From assembly GCF_000018105.1 (NCBI RefSeq), contig NC_009926.1, forward strand, positions 240,001 through 272,000: 32,000 nucleotides of DNA, given 5' to 3'. Origin of the DNA: Acaryochloris marina MBIC11017 (lineage in GTDB: Bacteria > Cyanobacteriota > Cyanobacteriia > Thermosynechococcales > Thermosynechococcaceae). Under the pieces are notes generated by a model, which was given only the letters and a program-made list of their open reading frames with translations, was not told where the DNA came from and ran no database searches. Below are positions 15,983 to 24,928 of the stretch, in pieces. Position 1 is the stretch's first letter. Each line of letters starts with the position of its first letter. A program made the position numbers and the translations under genes.

Positions 15983-16938
15983 CTAGTAAACGTGATAAAG
16001 CGTATGGTGCAACTATTGATCTTAGCCGTTTGTATGGAAGTTCTTTAGAGTCACTCGATAATGATGTAGATCAAGAAAGCGACAAGATAGCTGTAATTCC
16101 AATAGATAAGATTAAGCGTACTCCAGATCAAGTAAGAAGATACTTTGATCCCATGAAAATGAATCAATTGGTTTCTTCTGTCAGAATTGATGGAATACTT
16201 GAGAATCTCATCGTTTCATCATTAAATGATGGTAAATTTCAACTTATTTCTGGAGAACGCAGACTTCGGGCTGCGAAAGAAGTTGGGCTAACTGAAGTTC
16301 CTGTAAAAATTCTGAACCTTGATGAGTTTGATGCATTTAGAATTAGCCTAATTGAAAATCTTCAGAGAGAAGATCTTAATCCAGTTGAAGAGACGGATGG
16401 AATTATTAAACTACTAGCTGGAGAGCTGCACTTAAGGGAGGATGAAGTTGTTTCGCTCCTTTATCAAATGCAGAATAGCCTCACTAGACAAGTTGTGAAC
16501 CACAACGTTGTGGTTCAGGAGAATCAAGAGACTGTAGAAAAAATATTCAACTACTTGGGGCGGTTGAGTTGGCAATCTTTCGTCAAGCATCGGTTACCAC
16601 TGAGAAAACTTCCTGTAGATATCTTGGAATTCTTACGACAAGGGAAGTTGGCATATACGAAAGCTCAGTTAATTGCACGAATCAAAGACCAAGAATTCCG
16701 AAAAGAAATGTTAAATGTAGCTGTCACAGAAGAATTATCCTTAAGTGAGATAAGGACAAGAATCTCGGAGTTTGCACAAAAAGAGATTTCAAACAATCCT
16801 GATATTGACACTGAATTGAGAAAGAAAACTGCTGGGTGTCTCAAGGCATTGAAAAAGTCAAAGGCTATAAATTCACCTACCAAGCAGAAGAAGTTAAGGA
16901 AAATACTAGAGCAGTTAGAGAAGCTATTGGAGTCATAG
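15979..16938 (+). CDS. parB: ParB-family partition protein
   Basis: ParB N-terminal domain with LISGERRLRAAKEVGL arginine patch, then ENLQREDLNPVEE. Coupled to parA. Confidence 0.9.
   Translation: MTSKRDKAYGATIDLSRLYGSSLESLDNDVDQESDKIAVIPIDKIKRTPDQVRRYFDPMKMNQLVSSVRIDGILENLIVSSLNDGKFQLISGERRLRAAKEVGLTEVPVKILNLDEFDAFRISLIENLQREDLNPVEETDGIIKLLAGELHLREDEVVSLLYQMQNSLTRQVVNHNVVVQENQETVEKIFNYLGRLSWQSFVKHRLPLRKLPVDILEFLRQGKLAYTKAQLIARIKDQEFRKEMLNVAVTEELSLSEIRTRISEFAQKEISNNPDIDTELRKKTAGCLKALKKSKAINSPTKQKKLRKILEQLEKLLES
16496..16517. promoter_or_regulatory. parS-like palindrome copy 2 (perfect 22 bp) inside parB
   Basis: TGAACCACAACGTTGTGGTTCA; it encodes VNHNVVVQ within ParB. Confidence 0.6.
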
Positions 16939-17036
16939 TACTTATTTTTTTACTGATAAAGGAGTCTCTATTGGAGCAACCGATTACCTTGCCCTCATAC
17001 CCATAGCAACGATGTAGATGAGGAAAATGTTAATCT

Positions 17037-17261
17037 ATGAATTTTAATGACCCTCCAGTACAAGCAGCGATTATTGGTGGCGGTTGTACAATAATTAGCT
17101 CTCTAATTGCTGCGATCGCAGCCAGTATCATCGGGAAGAAAATTGCTGATGGAGGTAAACTTTCAAAATTACTAAGTATGGCAATTAAAGATATCGAATT
17201 CTTGTTAGAAGTCGAAAAGTTGCATTGTGGTTGCCCTCCCAAAGGGTGGCGAGGAAAGTGA
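17037..17261 (+). CDS. Small hypothetical membrane protein (74 aa)
   Basis: One hydrophobic helix (AAIIGGGCTIISSLIAAIAASII). A comparable ORF exists on the opposite strand, so coding status is uncertain. Confidence 0.3.
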   Translation: MNFNDPPVQAAIIGGGCTIISSLIAAIAASIIGKKIADGGKLSKLLSMAIKDIEFLLEVEKLHCGCPPKGWRGK

Positions 17262-17270
17262 GAATATGCA
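17229..17270 (+). repeat. 42-bp direct repeat, copy 1
   Basis: GGTTGCCCTCCCAAAGGGTGGCGAGGAAAGTGAGAATATGCA. Confidence 0.9.
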
Positions 17271-17332
17271 TTGTGAAAGAAATAAATCACGAGAAGGAAA
17301 GTATCTGAAGAAATTTACCCGTGATGAAGTTA

Positions 17333-17374
17333 GGTTGCCTTCCCAAAGGGTGGCGAAGAAAGTGAGAATATGCA
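17333..17374 (+). repeat. 42-bp direct repeat, copy 2 (2 mismatches)
   Basis: GGTTGCCTTCCCAAAGGGTGGCGAAGAAAGTGAGAATATGCA. Confidence 0.9.
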
Positions 17375-17476
17375 GTTAGAAAAAATGGATATAAATTTTC
17401 TAGTAAACTCACACCAGGAAGAGCTAAATCCTTATTAATGAAGTTGTAATCTCTAACTTAAACTATTCATTCTTGT

Positions 17477-17697
17477 TTACTGTTTACCCCGTCTATATTC
17501 CCACGGCATAACTGGATTACTCTGGCTCCAAAAGTTAAGCCGCTGCGTTCTCGCCTCTTCCTCAGCAGCAATATACTGATCCTCACTCTCAGAACACCCA
17601 TCCAAGTATCGGTGGTAGACCACGGCATAACCTTCCCGTACAAGCTGAAGTCCTACCGATGTCCCCCCGGAATAGATTTCTGCCACTGTGCGCTCAT
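17477..17697 (-). pseudogene. Thermonuclease (staphylococcal-nuclease-like) gene, C-terminal stump truncated by the Tn3-family element
   Basis: VAEIYSGGTSVGLQLVREGYAVVYHRYL...AAEEEARTQRLNFWSQSNPVMPWEYRR matches the SNase C-terminal pattern. The apparent N-terminus (MPLVSATLQLG) is encoded by the transposon inverted repeat. Confidence 0.65.
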
Positions 17698-17882
17698 GGC
17701 CCAATTGAAGGGTTGCTGACACCAGGGGCAATCAAACCAAATCACCCCTCAAAACAGGGCAAATTTACCGCTAATCAATAAGTTTTGCTTAAGTATTTTT
17801 TGTCGCTGTACTACTCGATATTGGAGCAAAGGTTGCCTTGTGGAGATGGGCCCCAACTCAGCAACCTCATTACAGCTACTCC

Positions 17883-18701
17883 CTACGCAGCCAAGTTTTC
17901 AATCACCAGACGCTCATTCATGTTGAGGCGGAAACGTCCATAAGGATTGATATGAAGGTAAAACAACGGCGTTAACGCCCTCAAATCTTCTTCCTGCATA
18001 CGATTCATCCACGTGGGTTCAGAAAGTACTTTTTGAATCATTAGAATATTGATGTAAACCAGGCTGATTTGCAGTAGGTGCAGGCAAAGCATGGACAGCT
18101 CTTGCATCGCCGTTTGATTACTGGCAAAGTCACCATTCTTGCCATAGAAGATGAAGTCATTGGCACTATTCCAATTTTCAATCACATTCAAACCTTCATT
18201 GATCTCTTGCCGTAAGGCTTCATCGTGCAAATACTGGCACAGGAAAATGGTCTTGATAGCTCGGCCTAATTCAGCCAAAGCAAGATAGGTGGGGTGCTTA
18301 ATGTTGTTGCGAGTGAACCGACTCAGAATCGCTTCAGGTTCGGCGGTCCCTTGCTTCATTGCGGTGGTGAACTGGATCATTGGCTCATATTGCTCCCGCA
18401 CCAGATCCCAACGCATGGGGCGCTTCACAATCGCCTTGAGATAGACATACTTCTTCTTCTGCCCGGACATCGGTAAATAGAGCTTCTGCTTGTTGATGCC
18501 CTTGAAGCGGGGCATCAGCTGAAAGTTCAGCAAATAGCAAAAGGCAAACCCCACCTCGCTTTGGCCATGGGTATCCACATAGCTTTTATTCACGGACATT
18601 TGCGTACAGTGGCGAAGTACGCCCTTCACCATAAAGGCCACCTCCGAGGAAGAACACTTCTTCAGTTGCGAGTAGATACACACGGATTTTTTCTCGACAT
18701 G
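17883..18701 (-). CDS. tnpA: Tn3-family transposase, exon 2 (272 codons plus stop)
   Basis: Begins HVEKKSVCIYSQLKKCSSSEV and continues with YVDTHGQSEVGFAFCYLLNFQLMPRFKGI (DDE_Tnp_Tn3 C-terminal region). It is in frame with exon 1 once 18702-21155 is removed. Confidence 0.85.
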   Translation of the reverse strand, partial: HVEKKSVCIYSQLKKCSSSEVAFMVKGVLRHCTQMSVNKSYVDTHGQSEVGFAFCYLLNFQLMPRFKGINKQKLYLPMSGQKKKYVYLKAIVKRPMRWDLVREQYEPMIQFTTAMKQGTAEPEAILSRFTRNNIKHPTYLALAELGRAIKTIFLCQYLHDEALRQEINEGLNVIENWNSANDFIFYGKNGDFASNQTAMQELSMLCLHLLQISLVYINILMIQKVLSEPTWMNRMQEEDLRALTPLFYLHINPYGRFRLNMNERLVIENLAA

Positions 18702-21155
18702 GTTAACCTAAGCCGGAGGATCACTCCTCCGACTTGGCTTCAAAACCGTGCGTAAATCTTTCGATTTACACGGCTCCTCAGTGGCTTGGTGCTTGTCATA
18801 CATACCATTTGGCCTGAGAGGACTTCTCCTTGGCCGTTTTAACATAATGACAATGTCTGTGTAGTAGTTGAAGATTCTTGTATACGTCCAATCCTCCCAT
18901 TGATGTAGGGAGAATGTGATCCACTTCAAGTAAATCTTCTTCTCGGAAGAACATGCCGCACTGAGCGCATTTCCCCTTCTGCTTCTTCAAGAGCATAGAT
19001 ACTCTCTTCGGAGCTTCTGGATGCTTCCCAGTCCTTGAACTCCAGTAAACTAGATTGCCATTGTAGGGACTTGCATCCCCCTTGACTTTGACATGGCGGA
19101 TAATTGGAGTCTGTCGATGTTTGAGTAATTTTTCGGTTCTAGATTTAGTTACTCTAGTCGCGAAGACCCATTTATCTCCCCCGACAGTTTGCCAATATTT
19201 ATTCACCACCCATTTCCTGGATTTGCCAGGATGGCGGTGGTTAGCCCATGTTTGAAGCTTTTGATACAGTAAATGGTCTAGACGGGAGAAGGTCTCTTTA
19301 CTAGCCATGGTCGAATAATATCTCGTCCATCCTCTAATCACGGGATTGAGGTGGCGGATTAATGCCGCTTGCGGCGCTGCCTTATGGGCGTTGATGATAC
19401 TAACGAGCCGATTGTAATGTACTTTTTGCTTCTTTCGACTGGGGGTAATGATGGTCTTAAATCCCAGCAATGTCCCGCATAATCTCCCCGATTGATGTTG
19501 ACCGACCGGGAATTGTCTAACTGAGAATCCTAGAAAATCAAATCCAGGGTTTTCAGCTTCATACCTTTTGAGAGTATGGGATATATGCGTTTTGCTAGGT
19601 TTTAGTTCCAACCCCATGTCTTTTAGCCACTCATGAACTAAGCTCTGACATCTTTGAACTACGGATAAATCCTCGTGAAGAATCACGAAGTCATCACAGT
19701 ATCGAATGACATCAGGAGTAGCAATTCTTTTTCGCTTATTCCCGTCGGCAATCTTTCTGATAGGAAAGGCTTGCTTGATTCGATACTCTAGGCCATGGAG
19801 GGCTACATTTGCCAACAAAGGAGAGATAGTCCCCCCTTGAGGTGCTCCTTCAGATGTCTGTAAGAACTGATGACCATCAATTACCCCAGCTTTTAGCCAA
19901 GTTTTTATTTGTCGGCGTAGAGTGGGAAAGGTCTTCAGCTTTTTGAGCAGTGCTTCGTGGTTTATTCGGTCAAAACATTGGGCTATATCAGCGTCCAACA
20001 CATATTTTGCTTTCTGTTTAATGGCTGCAAAAATTTGTTCTATCGCGTCATGACATGAACGGCCTGGTCTTGAACCATAGGAGTTTGGTTCGAAAACCGC
20101 TTCCCATTCAGGTTCCAGGGCTAGTTTGACTAGTGTCATTCTTGCCCTTTCATACAGGGTCGGTATACCCAAAGGACGTTGTTCGTCTTTTCCTGGTTTA
20201 GGAATCCACACCCGTCTGGTGGGAGGGGCCTTTGAGCCGAGTTTAAGTTGACCCACTAGGGGCAGACGAGCTTCTGGGGACAGAGATTTAACTCCATCCA
20301 CACCTGCCGTCTTTTTTCCCTGGTTGTCTTGTGTGACCCGTCTAACTGAAAGGCATTTGGCTGACCAGGACCTCATCAGAGTTTTCTGGAGTCTATGTAC
20401 TACTTTGACATCGCCACGTTGTCTGGCTCTGAATATGCGCTTTTGCAACTTAAACACTTTCCGCTCTAGTTTTGGCCAGGGGATTGCGCTCCATTCCATC
20501 ATCGGTTTGACCCGTGCTTTAGACATATTTATTGCTACTTGTTCCTATTCATTCCAAGTCACCGTGAGTCTGTCTGCTTATCCTCACCATTACAGTGGGG
20601 CTTTTGCTTTTGACCCAATCCTTCCCACCGCCTAACTTCTGGTTAGCACCTACTCTTAGCCAATCGACCTCCAAGAGAGATAGGCGGGGGTTACTTCGTT
20701 CCTAATAGCCATTGATTGAACTGTTAGAGTGATGCGCTCCACCGGGTTTATTGGAAGTGCTAACTGGTCGCTACTGGACACGCCAGCTCCGTATATCCTT
20801 GCCCTTTTGGGACTCCCAGCGTTATCAACCTAATTTCGCTGGTTAATGATTACGGTGGGTTAACCACATCTTCGCTTTCGCTACTCATAAGTTCTTGCTC
20901 GAAGGGGTTCAGAGCTAGGCTCCCTGTTACCTCCTTTTTTCCCCGCTTCAGGCGTTGATGGCTAGTCGCGAACCTGGGGGAAATGCTGTCACCGCTGCAC
21001 CTGCGGGATAGGACTAGAGCGGTCTAGGATACTGACTCTCACCTATATGGCTATTAAGTTGTCAAGGTACAGTTGGGATATTTTCCCCTTCTTTACGCTT
21101 GCGGCTAATCCCCTCAAACCCTATTCAGGTCTAGTTTCTAGCCAACGAATCGCAC
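18702..21155 (-). mobile_element. Group II intron (2454 nt) with intron-encoded protein
   Basis: 5' GTGCG (21155-21151). Domain V GAGCCGTGTAAATCGAAAGATTTACGCACGGTTT (18776-18743). Domain VI hairpin with bulged A (18709) 7 nt before the 3' end ...TTAAC. Candidate EBS1 CCAGTAG (20777-20771) is complementary to the last 7 exon nt, CTACTGG. Confidence 0.9.
18796..20526 (-). CDS. Group II intron reverse transcriptase/maturase with C-terminal HNH endonuclease domain
   Basis: RT blocks (RRVWIPKPGKDEQRPLGIPT, YVLDADIAQCFDRINH, GAPQGGTISPLLANVAL, IRYCDDFVIL). Maturase region RGWTRYY. HNH region CAQCG...EVDHILP...LQLLHRHCH. Confidence 0.93.
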   Translation of the reverse strand: MSKARVKPMMEWSAIPWPKLERKVFKLQKRIFRARQRGDVKVVHRLQKTLMRSWSAKCLSVRRVTQDNQGKKTAGVDGVKSLSPEARLPLVGQLKLGSKAPPTRRVWIPKPGKDEQRPLGIPTLYERARMTLVKLALEPEWEAVFEPNSYGSRPGRSCHDAIEQIFAAIKQKAKYVLDADIAQCFDRINHEALLKKLKTFPTLRRQIKTWLKAGVIDGHQFLQTSEGAPQGGTISPLLANVALHGLEYRIKQAFPIRKIADGNKRKRIATPDVIRYCDDFVILHEDLSVVQRCQSLVHEWLKDMGLELKPSKTHISHTLKRYEAENPGFDFLGFSVRQFPVGQHQSGRLCGTLLGFKTIITPSRKKQKVHYNRLVSIINAHKAAPQAALIRHLNPVIRGWTRYYSTMASKETFSRLDHLLYQKLQTWANHRHPGKSRKWVVNKYWQTVGGDKWVFATRVTKSRTEKLLKHRQTPIIRHVKVKGDASPYNGNLVYWSSRTGKHPEAPKRVSMLLKKQKGKCAQCGMFFREEDLLEVDHILPTSMGGLDVYKNLQLLHRHCHYVKTAKEKSSQAKWYV

Positions 21156-23285
21156 CCAGTAGATCATCACACCCCGGCCGCCATAGCGAACATGCCATTC
21201 CGTCATCAAATTCTGGTCCCAAGATTCAAAGTGCCGAGAATCAGACGCACAAGCCGTGGTGGCTTCCCCCCAGATATGAGAAAGGCGAATCCGGAAAATC
21301 GCATTGGCCACATCCGTAATCGCACAGCTGAGAGCTGTCTTGCTTAAAAACTTGCGTCGGACATAATGCAATTCAAAGTATCCTGCATCGGCTTCTGAAT
21401 GAGCGATGCGCTTAATTCCTAAATTGGTGCCCAGTCCGTAAATACACAACAGTAGGCGCTTGCGCAGGGACTGGGGGCTCAATATTTCACGACTAGCCGC
21501 ACTCTTGAAATGCTGGGTGAAATCAATCCGAAAGTCTGCCTCTTTGAGGACGTCCAACAAATGCGTTAATGACCACCGCTGGTTGATCTCTTCCTTGAGC
21601 TTGTGAATGTTCATGGGTTCCGGTTGAGCCTCAAGCGGGGATACCTTAATTCGTCCTCCACGCTTACTCAAGATCTCAACTTTGGAGTTGTGAGGCATCC
21701 CCTGATTTAAACGGGTCAAGGCGTTTTCCATATCAGCCTGGATTTGAGCGATGAAGGTTTCCACCTCTAGGGGCTGTTGTAGATCCTGGTAATATTCCTC
21801 TCGCCGCTCGTCAAAGTCTTGGGGTAAATCCAGGTCGGGGTTTCGATAGCGATTGGCACCGGCGACCCAAATTTCCTTACACCGTAGTTTCTCTCGCAGG
21901 GCCCTGAGGACGCACATCTCATAGGCGATGCGATCTACTTTGTCTGGCTGGTCTTCATCCTGACCCAATACCGTCTCTTGCCAGTCTGCACTAACGACCC
22001 CTTCGATGGGAACGTCGTCTGCTGAGGCATAAGGTTTTCGGGGGGTGTCCACATAGGCTTTGAGTAAATCCACAGCCTGGAGGATGGGCTGGTATTGCTT
22101 GTTATTGCACCGAAAGTCAATCACTTCCAGTACCGCAGGAAGCATTTGCCGATAATGATGACCGTAGGAAGAACGGATCCTCGAGTGTAGAAGTTGTCGG
22201 TAAGTCTGACCGCCATCATTGTAGGAGTCAACAAATGCTTCCAGAGTTTGCTCACTAGCAACGGGGTAGATAACATTTCTGACCAAGCCATCTGGTGTGG
22301 CCAGGGCTGCGGTGGCCACCTGATAAAACAGCTGGGTATGAGAGTCGGTTTTTTTGACTTTAGCGATCACCTCTGACGTCACTTTATTCTTGCTGCGTGT
22401 ATCAATGCGATGAACGATCTGAATCAATAAATCCATGATGTTGTCGATAATCTCTTGGCACCGCTGCCAACAGAAACTCGCGAGTAAGGTGAGTCGGATG
22501 GTTTTGGGGTGATGCCTCAACTCTGATAAGGTTTCTGTCTCCACTCGGAGCCGATAACACTCCAGAACTCGTGGGGTCAGATGAGAAAACAAGGTATCTG
22601 GCAAAGCCACTTGGCGGAGGCGTTGGAGCTTGATGATTTCTGAAAGCAGGCTATTGAGACCCACGGGTCCAGGATCTTTTTTTAAGGCACTCAGGGGCGG
22701 ATCTGGTATCTCTTTACCCGGCGTCACTTTGGGTTCTTGGATCAATTCATCAAGCTCAGTCTGAGTTTGCTTGGACAGCTGCTTGAGGGTTGAGGAAAAA
22801 AGCTGACGCTCAAACCGACGCTGAGCGGACCGGATTAAACGCTCAATTCTAGCAGGGGTGGGTGGTTCAATCTGAAGAGTACGCAGTTGAGCATAGACTT
22901 TCAATTTCAGATGATGGTAATCCTGCTCTTGACTCAGGACTGTATCGACTAACCAAGTACGTAGCTGATTTTGATCTGAAAGAGTGGCTTGTCGAAATCC
23001 AGTAAATTGGCGAATCTGGGCCCGGTGATATTTAACGACTCTCCCTCGCCACTTATAGTCTTGAAACTGCTCTGGCGGCAAGTCTAACTGCTCTGCCACA
23101 AAAGTTATCGCCATGCGAGGAATCTCATACTTCTGTTCGGGGAAACGTCCTTCATATTGGAAAAATTTAAGCAGCAGGACAAATCCTAAAAGAGTAACGC
23201 CTTTACGCCTAGCCAATAGATGTGCTTCATCGGGCTGGATGGACCAATGCTCAATCAGCTCTTCTGGATGCCATTTCCGTTTCAT
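21156..23285 (-). CDS. tnpA: Tn3-family transposase, exon 1 (710 codons)
   Basis: N-terminal DUF4158-like region (LLGFVLLLKFFQYEGRFP). It ends ...TEWHVRYGGRGVMIYW, immediately before intron GTGCG. Confidence 0.85.
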
Positions 23286-23437
23286 GCGATTACGCTCCTA
23301 TTAAAAGTGAATTCACTAGAGCGTAAGGCAAGCTAATGTACTATAAATAAAACTTATGATTTAAGAGTAGTGTAAGTCGATGGTATTTACACTTCTTAAT
23401 GCCTGTAACTATTACTGAGAAAGGGTTGTAGCTTTCG

Positions 23438-23907
23438 TTGCCCCAGGTGTCAGCAACCCTTCAATTGGGCCTTGATGTCGATTTGCTTAGAGCAATCTTG
23501 GTGGAGAAAACCAAACCCTCCACGCGGGAAGGGTATACCAAGGATCTGGTGGACTTCTTTTTATTCGTGACCCAAGGGGAAATGGTCTATGGAGTTGAGG
23601 GACCGAAGCGAAAAAGTGAGATAAAGGCGCAGGTGAAGAGGGAATTATCTAGGCTGAGTCAATCCTTTGTGGGGATTGGCAGACTGAAGGCTTTAGAATT
23701 AGCCGCTCGGTATCGAGAATGCATGATGCAGCGAGGGTTACAAGCGAATACTATCAATCGGCGGTTGTCCGCAGTGAAGTCCATGGTGCGGATGGCCCGT
23801 CGTTTAGAGATGTGTGATTGGACTTTGGCGGAAGTTGATGGTTTAACGGTGAAACCTTATCGAGATACCAGAGGGATTACAGCCTCTAAATTTCGACTGA
23901 TGATGGT
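23438..23907 (+). pseudogene. Tyrosine recombinase/integrase, N-terminal (SAM-like core-binding) part, interrupted by IS21 element
   Basis: STREGYTKDLVDFF and NTINRRLSAVKSMVRMA, ending ...ASKFRLMM. The first ~11 codons lie inside the Tn3 inverted repeat, so the true start is unknown. Confidence 0.7.
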
Positions 23908-24085
23908 TATTGGATGTCAACCCCATAGGCGATGTCGCGACAACCACAAGGCGGATCAACCCCCAAATTTGAACCGTATTATTTGGCGTACACTCCCTTT
24001 GCGTTAGCTCTTTTTCAGACCTCATACGATACCTTCAGAACAAAACGACAACCCGTGATCGAAATGACAACCAGTGATCGCTCGA

Positions 24086-24928
24086 TTATTTGGACTGGGA
24101 TTTTTGAGGTGGAGACTGAGTTTGAGCCGTTCTCTGAGTCGCTGATTTGCGCCGATAACTATCGGCTTGAATTTCGATAATCAAGCCATGATGAATTAAG
24201 CGATCAATGGCAGCCACCGCCATCATCGAATCAGTGAAAATGTCATCCCATTGGCTGAAGGGTTGATTCGCTGTAATCAACAAACTTTTTCGTTCATAGC
24301 GATGCGCAATTAATTCAAACAGAACGGACGTTTCCGCTTCCGACTTTTTGCAATAGCCCAAGTCATCCAAGATCAACAGATCATAGCGGTCCAGTTTTTT
24401 GAGCATTGGATGCAGCTGCAGTTGGAGCTTCGCCTGTTGCAGTTGCTGGACCAATGCGTTGGCTGCAAAGAACTTCACCCGCTTACCGAATTCCAGCATC
24501 TTTTTGGACACCCCAGTGGCCAGATGTGTTTTTCCAACACCCGAGGGCCCCAGAATAAGGCAATTCTCGGCGCGCTCCAACCAACCCGGATCTGCGGCTA
24601 ATTGCATCAAGGGAGCTGGATTGAGCTGGGGACAATGGCTAAAGTCAAAGTTGGTAAAACTTTTTGCGTTTGGGAGCCTGGCTTCGGTGAGGGCACGTTT
24701 TAGACGAGCTTGTTCTCTTCGTTGGGCCTCCGTTTCGCACAAGGCTAGTAAGAATTCCGCATAAGACCAGTTTTCCTGCATGGCTTGGGATTCGATAGAT
24801 TCCCAATGGGTCAACATGTGGGAGAGCCTGAGCTTTTTTAAATAGAGGCTCAGGTGCTGGTAGGGGCTCAGCGGGGACTGAGCAGGAGGGGAGGAGTTTG
24901 TCATAAAGTTCAAGTGAATGTTGTTCAA
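24086..24928 (-). CDS. istB: IS21-family helper ATPase IstB
   Basis: LILGPSGVGKTHLA Walker A, LLILDDLGY Walker B, SLLITANQPFSQW. The likely true start is the ATG at 24904 (MTNSS...). Confidence 0.88.
   Translation of the reverse strand: MNNIHLNFMTNSSPPAQSPLSPYQHLSLYLKKLRLSHMLTHWESIESQAMQENWSYAEFLLALCETEAQRREQARLKRALTEARLPNAKSFTNFDFSHCPQLNPAPLMQLAADPGWLERAENCLILGPSGVGKTHLATGVSKKMLEFGKRVKFFAANALVQQLQQAKLQLQLHPMLKKLDRYDLLILDDLGYCKKSEAETSVLFELIAHRYERKSLLITANQPFSQWDDIFTDSMMAVAAIDRLIHHGLIIEIQADSYRRKSATQRTAQTQSPPQKSQSK

Larger units (their letters stand above)
17698..23471 (-). mobile_element. tnpA-only Tn3-family element bounded by about 41-bp inverted repeats and carrying a group II intron
   Basis: IR-L at 17698-17738 is GGCCCAATTGAAGGGTTGCTGACACCAGGGGCAATCAAACC. 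It matches the reverse complement of IR-R (23431-23471) at 37 of 41 positions. The only cargo is the transposase. Confidence 0.8.

Noticed and set aside
17698-17731. ORFs 17477-17731 (-) and 23438-24007 (+) share an almost identical N-terminus (MPLVSATLQLG / MPQVSATLQLG), which could suggest paralogous proteins
   Set aside because: The shared residues are encoded by the two copies of the Tn3-family inverted repeat read outward. This is an artefact of ORF extension into the repeats, not a real shared domain.
23932-24180. 82-aa + strand ORF at the left end of the IS21 element
   Set aside because: It lies across the IS terminal repeats and the 3' end of istB on the opposite strand, with no motif. 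It is likely spurious.
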